In this document: positions 56,477-64,000 of the stretch, piece by piece | How the letters are laid out: each line of letters opens with the position of its first letter | Numbering within the stretch: position 1 is the stretch's first letter | NCBI GenBank assembly: GCA_964640195.1 | Contig: CAZXIC010000002.1 | Location: 81,743-145,742 of the forward strand | Source: an uncultured archaeon | GTDB lineage: Archaea > Iainarchaeota > Iainarchaeia > Iainarchaeales > GCA-2688035 | Direction of reading: 5' to 3' | Length of the DNA: 64,000 nt | Position numbers and translations under genes: made by a program | The notes under the pieces: generated by a model | Databases searched by the model: none | The model's input: the letters and a program-made list of their open reading frames with translations, nothing else | Told to the model about the DNA's origin: nothing

Positions 56477-57541
56477 TTACCCCTCCACGCCGAAGAAAAG
56501 CCTTGCCTCCCCATACCTTTCATCTGGCACTGTCTTTAAAGAACCAAGTGCTTCATTCATGTCCACTGAAACAATTTCTGTCCCCCTCAGTGCAGCAATC
56601 TTTCCGAATTCGCCTTTGTCAATCATCTGGACAGCGTGCAGCCCAAGCCTTGTCCCGAACACGATGTCAAAGGCAGTGGGCTGCCCGGCTCTCTGCAAGT
56701 GCCCTAATACAACGTGCCTGCACTCCTTGTCTATTAATTTCTCAATCTCCCTTGCAAGGCTCTCCGCAACCCCGCCCAGCCTTACGTGCCCGAAGGCATC
56801 TTTCTCCTTGACCTGCGTAACAAAGCAGCCTTTTTTGGGAACAGCCCCTTCGGAAACCGCAATTATGGTATGGTGCTTACCTCTTTTCTCCCTTCTCTCA
56901 ATCACTTTGCATATTTCACGCGTGTCATAGGGCTGTTCTGGAATGAGGATTATGTGCGCTCCCCCTGCCATGCCTGCATGCAGCGTAAGCCAGCCTGCAT
57001 GCCTTCCCATGACCTCAATTAAAAGAACCCTCTCGTGGCTTTGGGCGGTTGTATGCAGTTTTGTTATTGCCTCAGCGGCAATATTGGCAGATGTGTTAAA
57101 GCCGAACGCATAATCTGTTGCATTGACATCATTGTCAATGGTTTTTGGCACTCCAACAACCTTAATTCCGTCCTTGTGCAGCCTGTGGGCTATGCCGAGG
57201 GTGTCCTCGCCGCCAATAACAACAAGGTAGTCGCATCTGAACCGCTTAAGATTCCTCTTTACCTGCTCTATGCCGTTCTCTACTTTAAGGGGGTTTGTTC
57301 TGGAGGTTCCTAATATTGTGCCGCCAAGTATGTGTATGTCTTCCACCTCATCCAAATCAAGGGGGTGTTGCTCGCCCTCTCCGAGCAAACCAGCCCATCC
57401 CTTCCTGAAGCCAAGAACATCATAACCAAGGGAAATGGCTTTTGTTGTCAGCCCGCGAATCACAGCGTTCAATCCCGGGGCGTCGCCGCCGCCTGTAAGA
57501 ACCGCAATCAATTTTTTCTTTGAACCGGTAATTGCCATCAA
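56477..57541 (-). CDS. pfp: PfkA-family 6-phosphofructokinase, with residues suggesting PPi dependence
   Basis: 'LTGGGDAPGLNAVIRG', 'VVIGGEDTLG' (Asp at E. coli position 104), 'VPKTIDNDV' (Lys at position 124) and 'MGRHAGW'. Confidence 0.9.
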   Translation of the reverse strand: MMAITGSKKKLIAVLTGGGDAPGLNAVIRGLTTKAISLGYDVLGFRKGWAGLLGEGEQHPLDLDEVEDIHILGGTILGTSRTNPLKVENGIEQVKRNLKRFRCDYLVVIGGEDTLGIAHRLHKDGIKVVGVPKTIDNDVNATDYAFGFNTSANIAAEAITKLHTTAQSHERVLLIEVMGRHAGWLTLHAGMAGGAHIILIPEQPYDTREICKVIERREKRGKHHTIIAVSEGAVPKKGCFVTQVKEKDAFGHVRLGGVAESLAREIEKLIDKECRHVVLGHLQRAGQPTAFDIVFGTRLGLHAVQMIDKGEFGKIAALRGTEIVSVDMNEALGSLKTVPDERYGEARLFFGVEG

Positions 57542-57730
57542 ATTTGCCCCATAGTTTATTCACCTTATATGGGTATTTAAGGGTTATTATTGCAGGGTTG
57601 GGAACACAAGGCTCTGTTATGTATAATTTTGGTGTTTGCCTTTTTGCCTGCGGCAGCGATTAGCCTAACAGAAAATAAAAATAAAAAATTAGAAACTGTT
57701 TTGTACGGAACTTCAACTAATTGCTTAGAA

Positions 57731-57901
57731 TTAGTAGTCTCTTCTTCCACCGAAGCCGCTTCTAGGTTTCCTGTGCTTCATGTAGCACTCTCGGCAGTAA
57801 ACCGGCCTGCTCCCGTCTGGCTTGAAAGGAACTTCAGTCTCTTGACCGCACTCAGAACAGGTTACCTTGAACAGTTGCCTGCCGAACTTATCTTCACCCA
57901 T
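57731..57901 (-). CDS. CxxC-x17-CxxC zinc-ribbon mini-protein (56 aa, absent from the ORF track)
   Basis: 'MGEDKFGRQLFKVTCSECGQETEVPFKPDGSRPVYCRECYMKHRKPRSGFGGRRDY'. The flanks are also similar to the 49369-49521 copy. Confidence 0.8.
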   Translation of the reverse strand: MGEDKFGRQLFKVTCSECGQETEVPFKPDGSRPVYCRECYMKHRKPRSGFGGRRDY

Positions 57902-58104
57902 ATTGTTTTATTCACCTACGTTTTTGATTATATTGCCTGAACTAAGAATCAGGCAAGTAGATATTTTCTACGGGGCATGGTTTTAAAAGGCAATGGGAAG
58001 CCTGCAGGTGAATTCCTTTGAGGGCACTGAAATAGAGGACAGACCAGTAGAAGCGTCAACATTTGACTAAAGGGGGTTTCCCCTTTTCTTTTTTACGCGC
58101 AACA

Positions 58105-58476
58105 TTAAATTCGCAGCTTTTGGAATGCTGCCTCAACGCTTTTGCTCCCAACATGCGGCTTGTGGTGCCTGAAGCCGCCGCCAAACGAATGCGGGATGTG
58201 CAACAGCTCGTGGATTAGGGTTTTAAGCTGCTCTTCCCTGCTCTGCTTTTCAAACCTTTCACTTATCAGCTCGATTACGTAAAAGGGCCTTTGCCGCATG
58301 CCCAGCTGCATCACTTTGCCAAGCGTATGAATCCTCGCAATTACCCTTCTTGTTTTTGTGCCAGTGCTGACCACGCACGCAAGCCTGTCAAGTGGGATGT
58401 AATTAAAACCAAGCTTTTTTACTATCCCCCTTGCTTCCTCAGTCCACTCTGCAGAGAAAGAGTAGCGCATCCCCAA
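58105..58476 (-). CDS. Putative small zinc metallopeptidase-like protein (HExxH)
   Basis: 'LIHELLHIPHSFGGGFRHH'. About 120 aa, as in the archaeal predicted-metallopeptidase family. Confidence 0.6.
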   Translation of the reverse strand: MGMRYSFSAEWTEEARGIVKKLGFNYIPLDRLACVVSTGTKTRRVIARIHTLGKVMQLGMRQRPFYVIELISERFEKQSREEQLKTLIHELLHIPHSFGGGFRHHKPHVGSKSVEAAFQKLRI

Positions 58477-58552
58477 GATTTTGGAAGGAATTGATTAAAA
58501 AGCAGGCTGGCTCTTGTGAAAGGAATTGATTAAAAACAACCAGTGTGCCGGC

Positions 58553-58843
58553 TCAAAATATTGCGCCCACGTAGCCAAGGGTTTCCTCAACAAGCTGAGG
58601 AAAAAGCAGTACGGCCAATAACAACAACACAAGCAAGAGAATGCCCTCATCCAGCCTGTACCACATCACAAACATCGCTATAACCGGGATTGCAAGCAGC
58701 AGCGGGCTCAAGTGCAGGGTTGCCATCACATATCCTGCAAACATCCCAACAGTGAAAATCAGCAGCAGGAAAGTGCCTATCTTAACCAGCAGAAGGGGGA
58801 TTGCTTTTACAATGCCGCTGAAAAAGTTTGCAACAAACGCCAT
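58553..58843 (-). CDS. Small membrane protein
   Basis: 96 aa with three hydrophobic helices. Confidence 0.5.
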   Translation of the reverse strand: MAFVANFFSGIVKAIPLLLVKIGTFLLLIFTVGMFAGYVMATLHLSPLLLAIPVIAMFVMWYRLDEGILLLVLLLLAVLLFPQLVEETLGYVGAIF

Positions 58844-58869
58844 AATAAAATTAGCTGCCCTCGAAGTAT

Positions 58870-59517
58870 TTAAATTTGCTTTTTTGATGCAACACTTAAA
58901 AAGTAATCACAGCGATTCCTTAAGCCGCACTGCATGCACTTTGGATTGCGGGGCAAGCAGACATGCTGACCGAAGTGGACCATCAGATGATTCAACTCTA
59001 TCCAATGCCTTTTTGGGATTACGCACATCAACTCCAGCTCCGTCTGTGTTGGTTTTTTTGTTTTAACCAAGCCAATCCGGTTGCTGATTCTATGGACGTG
59101 AACATCAACAGGGATTGCCGGCTGCCCAAAGCCGTAAACCAGGACACAGTTTGCGGTTTTCCTGCCAACGCCGGGCAACTGCAGCAACTGCTGCATATCA
59201 CTTGGCACCCTGCCGTTGTGTTTCAGCAATAATTCCTTGCTTATTCCTATAATCCGTTTTGCCTTTTGCCTGTAAAAGCCCGCTGGTTTGATTAAGCACC
59301 TAATCTCTTCCAACTGCGCGCCTGCAATTGCATTTGCTGTGCGATGTCTGGCAAACAACTGGGCTGCCGCTTTCCTTGTGTTGCTGTCCTTTGTTCTCTG
59401 GCTTAGCACTGTTGTAATTAAAACCTTGAAAGGGCTTCCAGGGGGGAAGACGGCTGGTGATGCCGCGCCAACAGTGCGCCGCATCTCCCTCAAGATTAAG
59501 GGAATTTTTTTGTGCAT
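58870..59517 (-). CDS. nth: Endonuclease III (HhH-GPD DNA glycosylase/lyase)
   Basis: 'VLSQRTKD', 'LPGVGRKTANCVL', 'VDVHVHRISNRIG' and Fe-S cluster 'CLPRNPKCMQCGLRNRC'. Confidence 0.9.
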   Translation of the reverse strand: MHKKIPLILREMRRTVGAASPAVFPPGSPFKVLITTVLSQRTKDSNTRKAAAQLFARHRTANAIAGAQLEEIRCLIKPAGFYRQKAKRIIGISKELLLKHNGRVPSDMQQLLQLPGVGRKTANCVLVYGFGQPAIPVDVHVHRISNRIGLVKTKKPTQTELELMCVIPKRHWIELNHLMVHFGQHVCLPRNPKCMQCGLRNRCDYFLSVASKKQI

Positions 59518-59570
59518 CAGAAAAAATGTGGGGAAAACAGCTAAAAATAAAAGGGGGAACGCAAGGGAGA

Positions 59571-59738
59571 TTAAATCGTTTTAATGGGGGTAAAATATTG
59601 CTCCTTACACTCCACACTGCAAAACAACCTGCTGTAAAGATTGCCTGCCGTACCAATCGTTTTCCCGCAATTCAGGCACCGCCATTGCTTTTTCTCAGCA
59701 AAATTCGGTGCGCGCTGCTCCAGCACGGTGATACCCAA
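59571..59738 (-). CDS. Small zinc-finger protein, DUF2116-like (55 aa, absent from the ORF track)
   Basis: TTG start after GAGGTGAGG. 'WRCLNCGKTIGTAGNLYSRLFCSVECKEQY' gives CxxC...CxxxC. Lies upstream of nth on the same strand. Confidence 0.55.
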   Translation of the reverse strand: MGITVLEQRAPNFAEKKQWRCLNCGKTIGTAGNLYSRLFCSVECKEQYFTPIKTI

Positions 59739-59841
59739 CTAACCTCACCTCAAAACAAGATAGATAAGCAAAGAGAATTTAATACTATTTGCTTCAAAAA
59801 GCAAACCCTTGCTTTGCTTTTAATGTAAAAAATAAACAGGT

Positions 59842-60387
59842 TCACTGCTTTTTCTTTCTTTTTTTCTTTTTTGCCTGCTTCTTCTCCTGCGGCGCTCCGC
59901 CTTTCTCCTCTGCTTCCTCTGTCTTCCCTGCTTCAGCTGCCCCTTCCTCTGCGGCTGCCTCTTTAGCTTCCTCTTCCGCTTGGGCTTCTTCTATTCCCTT
60001 TCCCTCTGAAGGCACTTCTTCAACTGCTTCCTCTTTGCCGGCTGCCTCTTCAGCCGCTCCTTCTTCCTTGCCAGGTACTTCTTCAGACACTGCCTCTTCC
60101 TTAGTTGGTGCTTCTTCAGATGCTTCTTCTTTACCTGGTGCTTCTTCAGATGCCGCGCTTGCCTCACCAGCGACCGATCCAAAGGCAACCTTGCCCCTGA
60201 CTGCATCAACCTTCACTTTGACCCTCTGACCCGGCTTTGTGTTTGGAACAATTACTACAAAGCCTTTAATCTTTCCAATGCCGTCTCCCTTTGTGCCTGT
60301 TGCCTCTATTTCAAGGTCATAGGTTTCGCCTTCTTTTACAGGCTTCTCCCCCATGAACCTTTGTTTGTTGTATTTGCTATATGCCAC
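59842..60387 (-). CDS. TRAM-domain protein with long acidic Ala/Glu-rich extension and poly-Lys terminus
   Basis: 'PVKEGETYDLEIEATGTKGDGIGKIKGFVVIVPNTKPGQRVKVKVDAVRGKVAFGSV' is a TRAM fold pattern. The tail is (E/A/G/K)n followed by KKQAKKKKRKKKQ. Confidence 0.8.
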   Translation of the reverse strand: MAYSKYNKQRFMGEKPVKEGETYDLEIEATGTKGDGIGKIKGFVVIVPNTKPGQRVKVKVDAVRGKVAFGSVAGEASAASEEAPGKEEASEEAPTKEEAVSEEVPGKEEGAAEEAAGKEEAVEEVPSEGKGIEEAQAEEEAKEAAAEEGAAEAGKTEEAEEKGGAPQEKKQAKKKKRKKKQ

Positions 60388-60639
60388 CTAAATTCACCTC
60401 CAAACCAAAAAATGAAAGGCCAACCACGGCCCCAAAAACAGTATACTGCTTAGCCCCCCTACTGAACGAGTTGAAAGGATAAACCATGCTCCCCTTATAA
60501 CCCCAAAAAAACAGCAATTCCTTCAGATCCTTCATTATTCCCCTTCACATAATATACTAAGTAACTTAACCGGCGTAACGCTTTTAAAATTTATAGCCTT
60601 GGGTGCCCAAAAAAAGAAGGTAAAGGGCAAAAGGCTGCT

Positions 60640-61020
60640 TTATTTTGGTAGTGTAGGCGTTTTTGACAGGTTGTAGAATGCCTTCAGTGAAACAACCAAG
60701 ACTGCTGGCGCCGCAAACACTGCAATCATCTGCAAAATCTTAGACAACACAGTGCCTAATGGCGTGATGATTGTATCCAACACCAGCAAGCTGCCTGCAG
60801 GAATTCCTACAATCAACAAAGCCATGCCTGCAATCAAGAACGCTTGGACTTCTTTGTCGGCAATGTTCAAAAAGCCGACAATCAATCCTAAGATCACTAG
60901 GACCAATGGGACATAGCCGGCAGTTGTAGGGTCCAGTACGCCGGCAGCCGCACCAGCAAGTATGGCAATGATGATACCTATCAAGAAGGCCCATGAACCA
61001 ACTGCTTGTTGGTTGACCAT
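60640..61020 (-). CDS. Integral membrane protein, unknown function
   Basis: 126 aa with four hydrophobic helices. Confidence 0.6.
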   Translation of the reverse strand: MVNQQAVGSWAFLIGIIIAILAGAAAGVLDPTTAGYVPLVLVILGLIVGFLNIADKEVQAFLIAGMALLIVGIPAGSLLVLDTIITPLGTVLSKILQMIAVFAAPAVLVVSLKAFYNLSKTPTLPK

Positions 61021-61147
61021 TTTTTAGTACCTCCAAACGGTGAAAGGAAAAAAGTAGTATTTAAAGCTATCTTTTTAAGGTTCTGGGGGGGTGGGGGCAA
61101 CAATTCGCATTGCCCCCAAAAAAAACACGCTTGTAGTTATGTATAAG

Positions 61148-61294
61148 TTATGCTTTGTTTTTCTTTCTGTTTGCCCCAAAATTTGCGTACTTCCTATACT
61201 TCTGCATAGTCCATGCTGGGGGCTGCTTTTTCCTCAGCTTGAATTCCTCTTCAAGCAAGCGCGTTCTCAGCACTTCATCTACACCCATATCCAT
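61148..61294 (-). CDS. Small basic hypothetical ORF (48 aa, absent from the ORF track)
   Basis: ATG follows AAGGTGGAG. 'MDMGVDEVLRTRLLEEEFKLRKKQPPAWTMQKYRKYANFGANRKKNKA'. The stop abuts motif copy 61136-61147. Confidence 0.3.
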   Translation of the reverse strand: MDMGVDEVLRTRLLEEEFKLRKKQPPAWTMQKYRKYANFGANRKKNKA

Positions 61295-61383
61295 AACTCC
61301 ACCTTCTTTGCCTTGCTTCTCAAAACACCATAGAAAAGTAGCGGATTGTAATATTCTTATACATTAAACCCTTTAAAAATATA

Positions 61384-61632
61384 TTGTATTTATTAGTTAC
61401 CGCCATGCAGCAAATAAGAGAAATGTTCGCAAAAGGCTGCTTTTTCTTCATTGTCGGCGTTGTGCTCGCAACGCTGTTTGTTTGGGGCATGGTCCAGGGC
61501 ATACTCTCCCACCTTGGGGGCGAAGATTTCACCCTACTCTACTACTTTACCTCATGGCTGGCGGGGGTTGGCGCACTTACACTCTACCACCAAGCCAGGT
61601 CAATCCTGCACTATGCGCAGATATCGAAGTGA
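61384..61632 (+). CDS. Small membrane protein
   Basis: 82 aa with two hydrophobic helices. An internal ATG start is possible. Confidence 0.4.
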   Translation: MYLLVTAMQQIREMFAKGCFFFIVGVVLATLFVWGMVQGILSHLGGEDFTLLYYFTSWLAGVGALTLYHQARSILHYAQISK

Positions 61633-61821
61633 GCAAATCTGCTTTGGTTTTTTAAAACGGCAAACACTACGGCAAACAGGCAGCAATGCCCAGTGCCAAT
61701 CTTCTTAAAAACAACAAACAGCCGCTGCCTGCCAACAGCAAGGCCCAATACCATGCGGCTTAAACAGCGCAACCTTGCTGTCCGCGGATACTAAAAAGAT
61801 AGAAGTAGATTCTATGCCTGC

Positions 61822-62025
61822 CTAATCCCCTGCCTTCTTTGTTTTGTGGGATTTTTTAAACCCTTCCGTTTCCTCCCATTCCTCTATGTCCCCTTTATCC
61901 AATCCAAGCTTTGACAAATAATCCTCATGCTCCTTTGCATCCAGCTTGTTGAACCATTCACGCCAAGCCTTGTCTTCAGGTTTATCTATTTTGCCCCCAG
62001 GCACGGGCTTCAATCTCCTAGCCAT
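61822..62025 (-). CDS. Small charged hypothetical protein
   Basis: 67 aa, K/E/D-rich and Trp-containing ('KAWREWFNKL'). Confidence 0.45.
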   Translation of the reverse strand: MARRLKPVPGGKIDKPEDKAWREWFNKLDAKEHEDYLSKLGLDKGDIEEWEETEGFKKSHKTKKAGD

Positions 62026-62215
62026 GCCAAACCAAAAAGCGTGATACCAAAAATCATTAAAAATGCTACCCTGGGAAGAAAAAAATTAAAATCTTTTCTG
62101 TTCCGCTCTAAGCCATGCAACTGATTTGGCACCACACAGAAAAAGGGGGGAATGCTAACGCCTGCCTTAGGAAAAAAATAAAAGGGGGTAGGGCAATTAA
62201 CTTACAGGTTGGGTT

Positions 62216-63124
62216 ATGCTGCAAAACGGAGCAGGCGCCGGTGTTGAAAAAACAAAAGAGGAAACAATAAAGGGTGGCAGCCCTGCCAACAGCGAACCCG
62301 ATGACTGGCTGCGCAGATTCAAGCAGGAGCTGATTGTAAGCGGCTACAGTGTAAGGACGCAAAAAATGTACTGCTATTACCTGCGGCAGTTCCTGCGCTC
62401 AGAGCAAAGGCCGGTTGCAGACATTGAGAGGGGTGACATAATAAGGTTCCTCGCAGAGAAAAAAGAGAAGGGAAATGCGAGCAACGCCACACTTGCACTG
62501 GCACATGCAGCATTGCGTTTCTTCTTCCACAACATATTGCATAAGAAAATTGTGGACGAAATTAAAACCCCGAAAAAAGCGAAAAAGCTGCCGGTTGTTC
62601 TGACACGGCAGGAGGTCAAGGCACTGATAACCGCGGCTAAGCCAAAAAGAAACCGGCTGATTGTGCAATTCCTGTACAGCACTGGCTGCAGGGTAAGCGA
62701 ATCTGTAAAACTACAGACCATGGACCTCAATTTAAAGGAGAGAACTGGTTTAATAAAAGGCGGCAAAGGAAACAAGGACAGGACAATCATACTGTCAAAG
62801 GAATGGATAAAAGCGGCAAAGAAATATCTGGCGAGAAAGAAAGCAAAAACCCCCTTTGTTTTCAGCAAAAAAAACGGCAAACCAATTTCTGCAGACACTG
62901 TACAGAGGATAGTCAGGGGGGCTGCAAAAAAAGCAGGCATCCAAAAAGAGGTGACGCCGCACACGCTTAGGCACAGCTATGCCACCCACCTGCTCGAGGC
63001 AGGGGAAAATATTAGAAAAATACAAGAATTGCTTGGCCATTCAAACCTCAACACAACACAAATATACACCCAGATTTCGCTGCAGGAGTTGAAAAAAGTC
63101 CAAAGCCCCTTGGATAAACTCTGA
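62216..63124 (+). CDS. xerA: Tyrosine recombinase, XerA/XerCD-like
   Basis: N-terminal SAM-like core-binding domain, 'GCRVSE' (catalytic Arg region), 'HTLRHSYATHLLEAGENIRKIQELLGHSNLNTTQIYTQ' (R-H-x-x-R..H..Y). Confidence 0.9.
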   Translation: MLQNGAGAGVEKTKEETIKGGSPANSEPDDWLRRFKQELIVSGYSVRTQKMYCYYLRQFLRSEQRPVADIERGDIIRFLAEKKEKGNASNATLALAHAALRFFFHNILHKKIVDEIKTPKKAKKLPVVLTRQEVKALITAAKPKRNRLIVQFLYSTGCRVSESVKLQTMDLNLKERTGLIKGGKGNKDRTIILSKEWIKAAKKYLARKKAKTPFVFSKKNGKPISADTVQRIVRGAAKKAGIQKEVTPHTLRHSYATHLLEAGENIRKIQELLGHSNLNTTQIYTQISLQELKKVQSPLDKL

Positions 63125-63447
63125 TTCCTTAAAAAGCCGCTAGCCCCTTGATGCAACAACAACAGGGCCCCCATACTTCAAGTATTCCACTCTGGCAACC
63201 CGGCCGCCAAATAAAATAAAAATTTCCAGTGAGAATGGAAGGGGTTTGCAAGGCGGCCCCTGGTTATGTATAAGGATGAAAAATCCCCCCACTTTAAATT
63301 TTTGGTCCACTCGAAAGGCACCGCCATTCTTTCAAGTATTTTTTATTATGTAGAATTTACTGCCGGCGCTGGTTTGCAAGACAAAAGATTTATATAGGTA
63401 AACGGGTTTAATTTAATACCAATATAACGTCCCAGGAGGAATCAAAT

Positions 63448-63741
63448 ATGACAATGCGCTTGTCAAAAATGTTTGGCATGGACATCTACACTACAGACGC
63501 AGACTACAGAGGGAAGATATTTGACTTGGTTATAAACCTTGAAAAGGGCAGAATAGAAACAATAACAACCGAGGCCCTGAAAGCGAGGACAAAACAGGAA
63601 GCAAAGAAAATTATAAGTGAGAAAAGCATCCCCTACAAAAACGTTAAATCCGCAAAGGACATCCTAATTGTCGCAGGCAAGGGGAGTGCAGCGCGCAGCG
63701 AACAGCCAGAGCCGACCTACTACCGCTACAAAAGAAGGTAA
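63448..63741 (+). CDS. PRC-barrel-domain protein
   Basis: 'LSKMFGMDIYTTDADYRGKIFDLVINLEKGRIETI' matches the PRC-barrel pattern. Canonical TTTATATA lies about 52 nt upstream. Confidence 0.6.
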   Translation: MTMRLSKMFGMDIYTTDADYRGKIFDLVINLEKGRIETITTEALKARTKQEAKKIISEKSIPYKNVKSAKDILIVAGKGSAARSEQPEPTYYRYKRR

Positions 63742-63807
63742 GCCCGCCACACCAGCCAACTTCTCTCTTTTCTTTCTCTTCTTTTACATCCTTAACGTTT
63801 TTATACT

Positions 63808-63831
63808 GTTATGTTTTATATTATACATAAG
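63808..63831. repeat. Second inverted-arm site with a 6-bp spacer, related to 39948-39979
   Basis: GTTATGTTT-TATATT-ATACATAAG. Arms match 7/9 as an inverted repeat. About 700 bp downstream of the recombinase gene. Confidence 0.4.
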
Positions 63832-63878
63832 CAGGATTCTACTCTTATAAGGCTTAATAGGGGAAGTGTGGGGTGTCA

Positions 63879-64000
63879 ATGGTTTTAAAAGGCTACTTTA
63901 TCCAATACAAATTCATTATCCCAAAGACGCTTAAACATTCCTCCTATACATACCAAAAGCTTTTCAGGGCGCTGTATGGCTACACCCAAGCAGTATTTAA
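63879..64000 (+). CDS. Partial ORF running off the window end
   Basis: ATG 63879, reading 'MVLKGYFIQYKFIIPKTLKHSSYTYQKLFRALYGYTQAVF...' with no stop before nt 64000. Confidence 0.3.
   Translation, partial: MVLKGYFIQYKFIIPKTLKHSSYTYQKLFRALYGYTQAVF

Noticed and set aside
57590-57940. 116-aa plus-strand ORF
   Set aside because: It is antisense to the zinc-ribbon mini-gene, which has a conserved paralog at 49369-49521. The plus-strand translation has no conserved counterpart at the other locus.
61091-61367. 80-aa and 70-aa plus-strand ORFs (one begins with the motif's ATG-TAT-AAG)
   Set aside because: They have hydrophobic, Cys-rich, shadow-like composition and no RBS. The opposite strand has a charged 48-aa ORF with an AAGGTGGAG RBS. 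Neither is certain, so only the minus ORF is listed, at low confidence.
39948-63831. CRISPR array explanation for the recurring GTTATGTA motif
   Set aside because: Copies are 0.1-8 kb apart, irregularly spaced, short (12-20 bp) and separated by protein-coding genes. No cas genes are present apart from a stand-alone Cas4-like nuclease 26 kb away.

Overview
The window looks like a contiguous piece of an archaeal chromosome of about 48-50% GC, probably from a small-genome, DPANN-like lineage. Archaeal hallmarks: a class-III-signal-peptide pilin, DtdA, the archaeal thiolase/HMG-CoA synthase/DUF35 trio, a small TRAM protein, a PRC-barrel protein and a XerA-like recombinase. Mixed in are many bacterial-type enzymes: CoaD/CoaE, class II HMG-CoA reductase, an mvk-mvaD-PMK-fni block, class II FBA and a PfkA-family PFK. 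Nt 1-39,000 is mostly housekeeping: a FlaI/TadC-type pilus locus with its pilin, two GT4 glycosyltransferases, a KaiC-like pair, a Cas4-like nuclease, PPDK, ThyX, aspartate kinase/Asd and NAD kinase. It also holds an 11.7-kb co-directional isoprenoid supercluster (GGPP synthase plus a complete classical mevalonate pathway plus IDI-2) and a 915-aa surface protein with about ten Cys-rich 36-38-aa repeats. Nt 39,000-64,000 is more accessory: many ORFans, two AT-rich islands, duplicated leaders, paralogous tiny proteins missed by the >=60-aa ORF track, and a recurring GTTATGTA(G/T)AA motif. That motif appears twice as a recombinase-style palindrome (inverted arms with a 6-bp spacer) and once as 18/20-bp direct repeats around a cassette. 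The cassette is the best candidate for an undescribed system: a TcmP-like protein, an SPL-like radical SAM enzyme and a divergent B12-binding radical SAM enzyme. No rRNA, tRNA or CRISPR array was seen. Many track ORFs appear to start too early. Where a GGAGG/AGGTGA-type RBS or a family-typical N-terminus supports it, I give revised starts. All family assignments come from motifs read by eye, with no searches run.
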